From Octopus vulgaris (lineage: Eukaryota), in contig OX597817.1 of NCBI GenBank assembly GCA_951406725.2, forward strand, positions 35,030,001-35,094,000: 64,000 nucleotides of DNA. Direction: 5' to 3'. The position numbers and the translations under genes were made by a program. Shown in pieces: positions 63,185 to 64,000 of this stretch (position 1 is the first letter of the stretch; each line of letters begins with the position of its first letter). The notes below the pieces were generated by a model that searched no databases, had not been told where the DNA came from, and saw only the letters and a program-made list of their open reading frames with translations.

Positions 63185-63698
63185 CTAGCAGTATCACCCG
63201 GCGTTGCTCGGGTTTGTAAGGGAAATAACTATATAAGCATTTTTAGAGAGTTACTTCCCTTATAGATGCCAATTCGGGCTTTCTTAGCCATTTCTGTTTT
63301 GGTGTCTTCAAGTCATGAAGTCGTTGTTCTAAAAGAACGCTGGTCTCCTTGACAACGTTTTACGACGTTGATTTCCTTACACTCCCTTCCCCACAGCTTC
63401 ACGAGGGAGGGAAGAAGGGGGAGAAGCAAACAGGTGCAGGTGTGACCATGGACGCCAACTCCGCCGCCATCGACACACGAAAAATTATGCATTAAAATGG
63501 AATAAAAAAATGATGTTAAATTATTTTTAAAATCGTAGACTCATCGTAGACGCGCGCTAATACTCAGACGGGCTCGATATGAATCACGACTATAAGATAC
63601 CCGAATTTGGTTAAACTGCACCCCAAAATGTGGGAGGAGTTAGGAATCTAAATCGAAGGGGACAGACACTCACACAACTACAGTTTTATATATATAGA
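63185..63698 (-). mobile_element. Non-autonomous Helitron (long variant)
   Basis: TC...CCCGAGCAACGCCGGG...CTAG; same ends as 3954-4254. Confidence 0.78.
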
Positions 63699-64000
63699 TA
63701 TCTCATTATCTATGGTTAATCGTTGAGCTAGCAGGATCATCAAAGCATCGGAAAAGTGTCATCTGGTATTTCTCCCAGCTTTTTACATAATGAATTCATA
63801 CGTTAACTTCGATTTCATCTTCTCGGGTTCGATAAAATAAACTGCCAGTTAAGCGCTATCTACTAGCTCTTTCTTTCAAGTTTTAGACTTTGTACTTAAG
63901 CTAGAAACTATTATGGTAAATTTATACGTAATATAGAACGTTTTTCTTTAGAAATTTAAAAATTTTTTTAAATGATTTCATCGAAAAATATTTCATATCG

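Overview
AT-rich, repeat-dense eukaryotic DNA, most likely Octopus (inferred from SINE/LINE content and gene sequences; not checked by search). Three spliced genes can be assembled with consistent GT-AG phases: the last 12 exons of BPTF/NURF301 (+, 9525-26250), a complete PIG-X gene (-, 36076-27253) and a complete CHMP6/VPS20 gene (+, 36928-52723). BPTF and PIGX are tail-to-tail; PIGX and CHMP6 are head-to-head. Introns and the 3' intergenic region hold RTE and CR1-like LINE remnants, three tRNA-headed SINE families, two mariners, hAT/piggyBac/Tc1-type MITEs, non-autonomous Helitrons and several fold-backs. Most notable: a TSD-flanked head-to-head element joining a tRNA-like Pol III head to a minimal hammerhead ribozyme (39934-40486), a SINE variant found three times at the same GGTATTT site of related SINEs, and a 174-nt BPTF exon whose skipping would convert two PHD fingers into one.
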